Below the pieces are notes generated by a model, which did no database searches, was not told the origin of the DNA, and saw only the letters and a program-made list of their open reading frames with translations. Made by a program: the position numbers and the translations under genes. Of a DNA stretch of 24,982 nt, positions 24,433 through 24,982 are shown piece by piece (within the stretch, counting starts at the first letter, position 1; each line of letters starts with the position of its first letter). The DNA is taken from IMG/VR virus record IMGVR_UViG_3300029508_000048, positions 1 through 24,982 of that record, one strand, 5' to 3'. The DNA comes from a virus. Taxonomy: Duplodnaviria > Heunggongvirae > Uroviricota > Caudoviricetes.

Positions 24433-24969
24433 CTACCCTGCAACCCTCTCAACCATCCTCAAAATCTCCTCGCGCGATAGCGGCTTACGGTCGGTGACAA
24501 AATGCAGCGTCATCCCCTCAATAAACGCATCAAGCGCGCGGGCGGTTCCAGGTTCAAACCATTGTTCGAGCGTTTGCTGACTGCGCTGCATCCAGTTTTG
24601 CATTACCGTTTTTAATAGCGGTTTTCGGCTAGCCAGCGCGTAGAGCTGGTACATCAGCTCCATGTTATCCGGCGTTGCAACCTGTGAGCTGTAGATCATA
24701 TCGGTGATAGCCTGGCATGCGCCCGGAGCATCACTAACATCGCTAAAAAATGCCTGATATTGCCGGGACATGATCTCAGTAAAACTGCTGAACGCCTCCA
24801 GTAACAACTCATCAATTCCTGAAAAATAGTAGGTCATCGATCCCAACGGTACCCCGGCAAGGGTAGCAATTTTGCGGTGCGTAACAGCATGTATTCCGTA
24901 AAGTTTCACCGCCTCCAGCGTGGCCTGGATAATTTTTTCTCGCCGTTGCGGATCGTTAGCGCGACGCAT
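24433..24969 (-). CDS. TetR/AcrR-family transcriptional regulator (host chromosomal gene flanking the prophage)
   Basis: 178-aa ORF with N-terminal TetR-type HTH ([31 protein letters not shown]); backbone-like codon usage; AGGAAA RBS before ATG 24969. Confidence 0.8.
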
Positions 24970-24982
24970 GTCATTTCCTCTG

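Overview
This window is about 24.3 kb of an integrated P2/186-like (Peduovirus-type) prophage plus its right-hand junction with the host chromosome, probably from E. coli or a close relative. All calls come from reading the sequence and the supplied ORF track against remembered family features; no database search, alignment or GC computation was run, and compositional statements are by eye. Left to right: tail fibre H (truncated at the window edge), baseplate I-J-W-V, an AT-rich reverse-oriented insert, tail completion S and R, the lysis cassette (lysC, lysB, lysA, K, Y), X, head genes L-M-N-O, then divergent terminase P and portal Q. Around a cos-like motif lies accessory cargo, followed by a LexA-box-controlled tum/dinI-like module, replication gene A, small early genes, a 186-type switch (cII-like, apl/cox-like, cI), integrase, the att junction and a host TetR-family gene. 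Four AT-rich islands interrupt the backbone. The strongest candidate for an undescribed system is a translationally coupled two-gene cassette at 13297-14695: a 2-TM membrane protein followed by a ThsB-like TIR protein, lying between portal gene Q and cos. It looks Thoeris-like, but the membrane partner has no domain I can assign. The second candidate is a 418-aa AT-rich ORF with an Rx4-6H (HEPN-like) motif inside the lysogenic cI-int operon.
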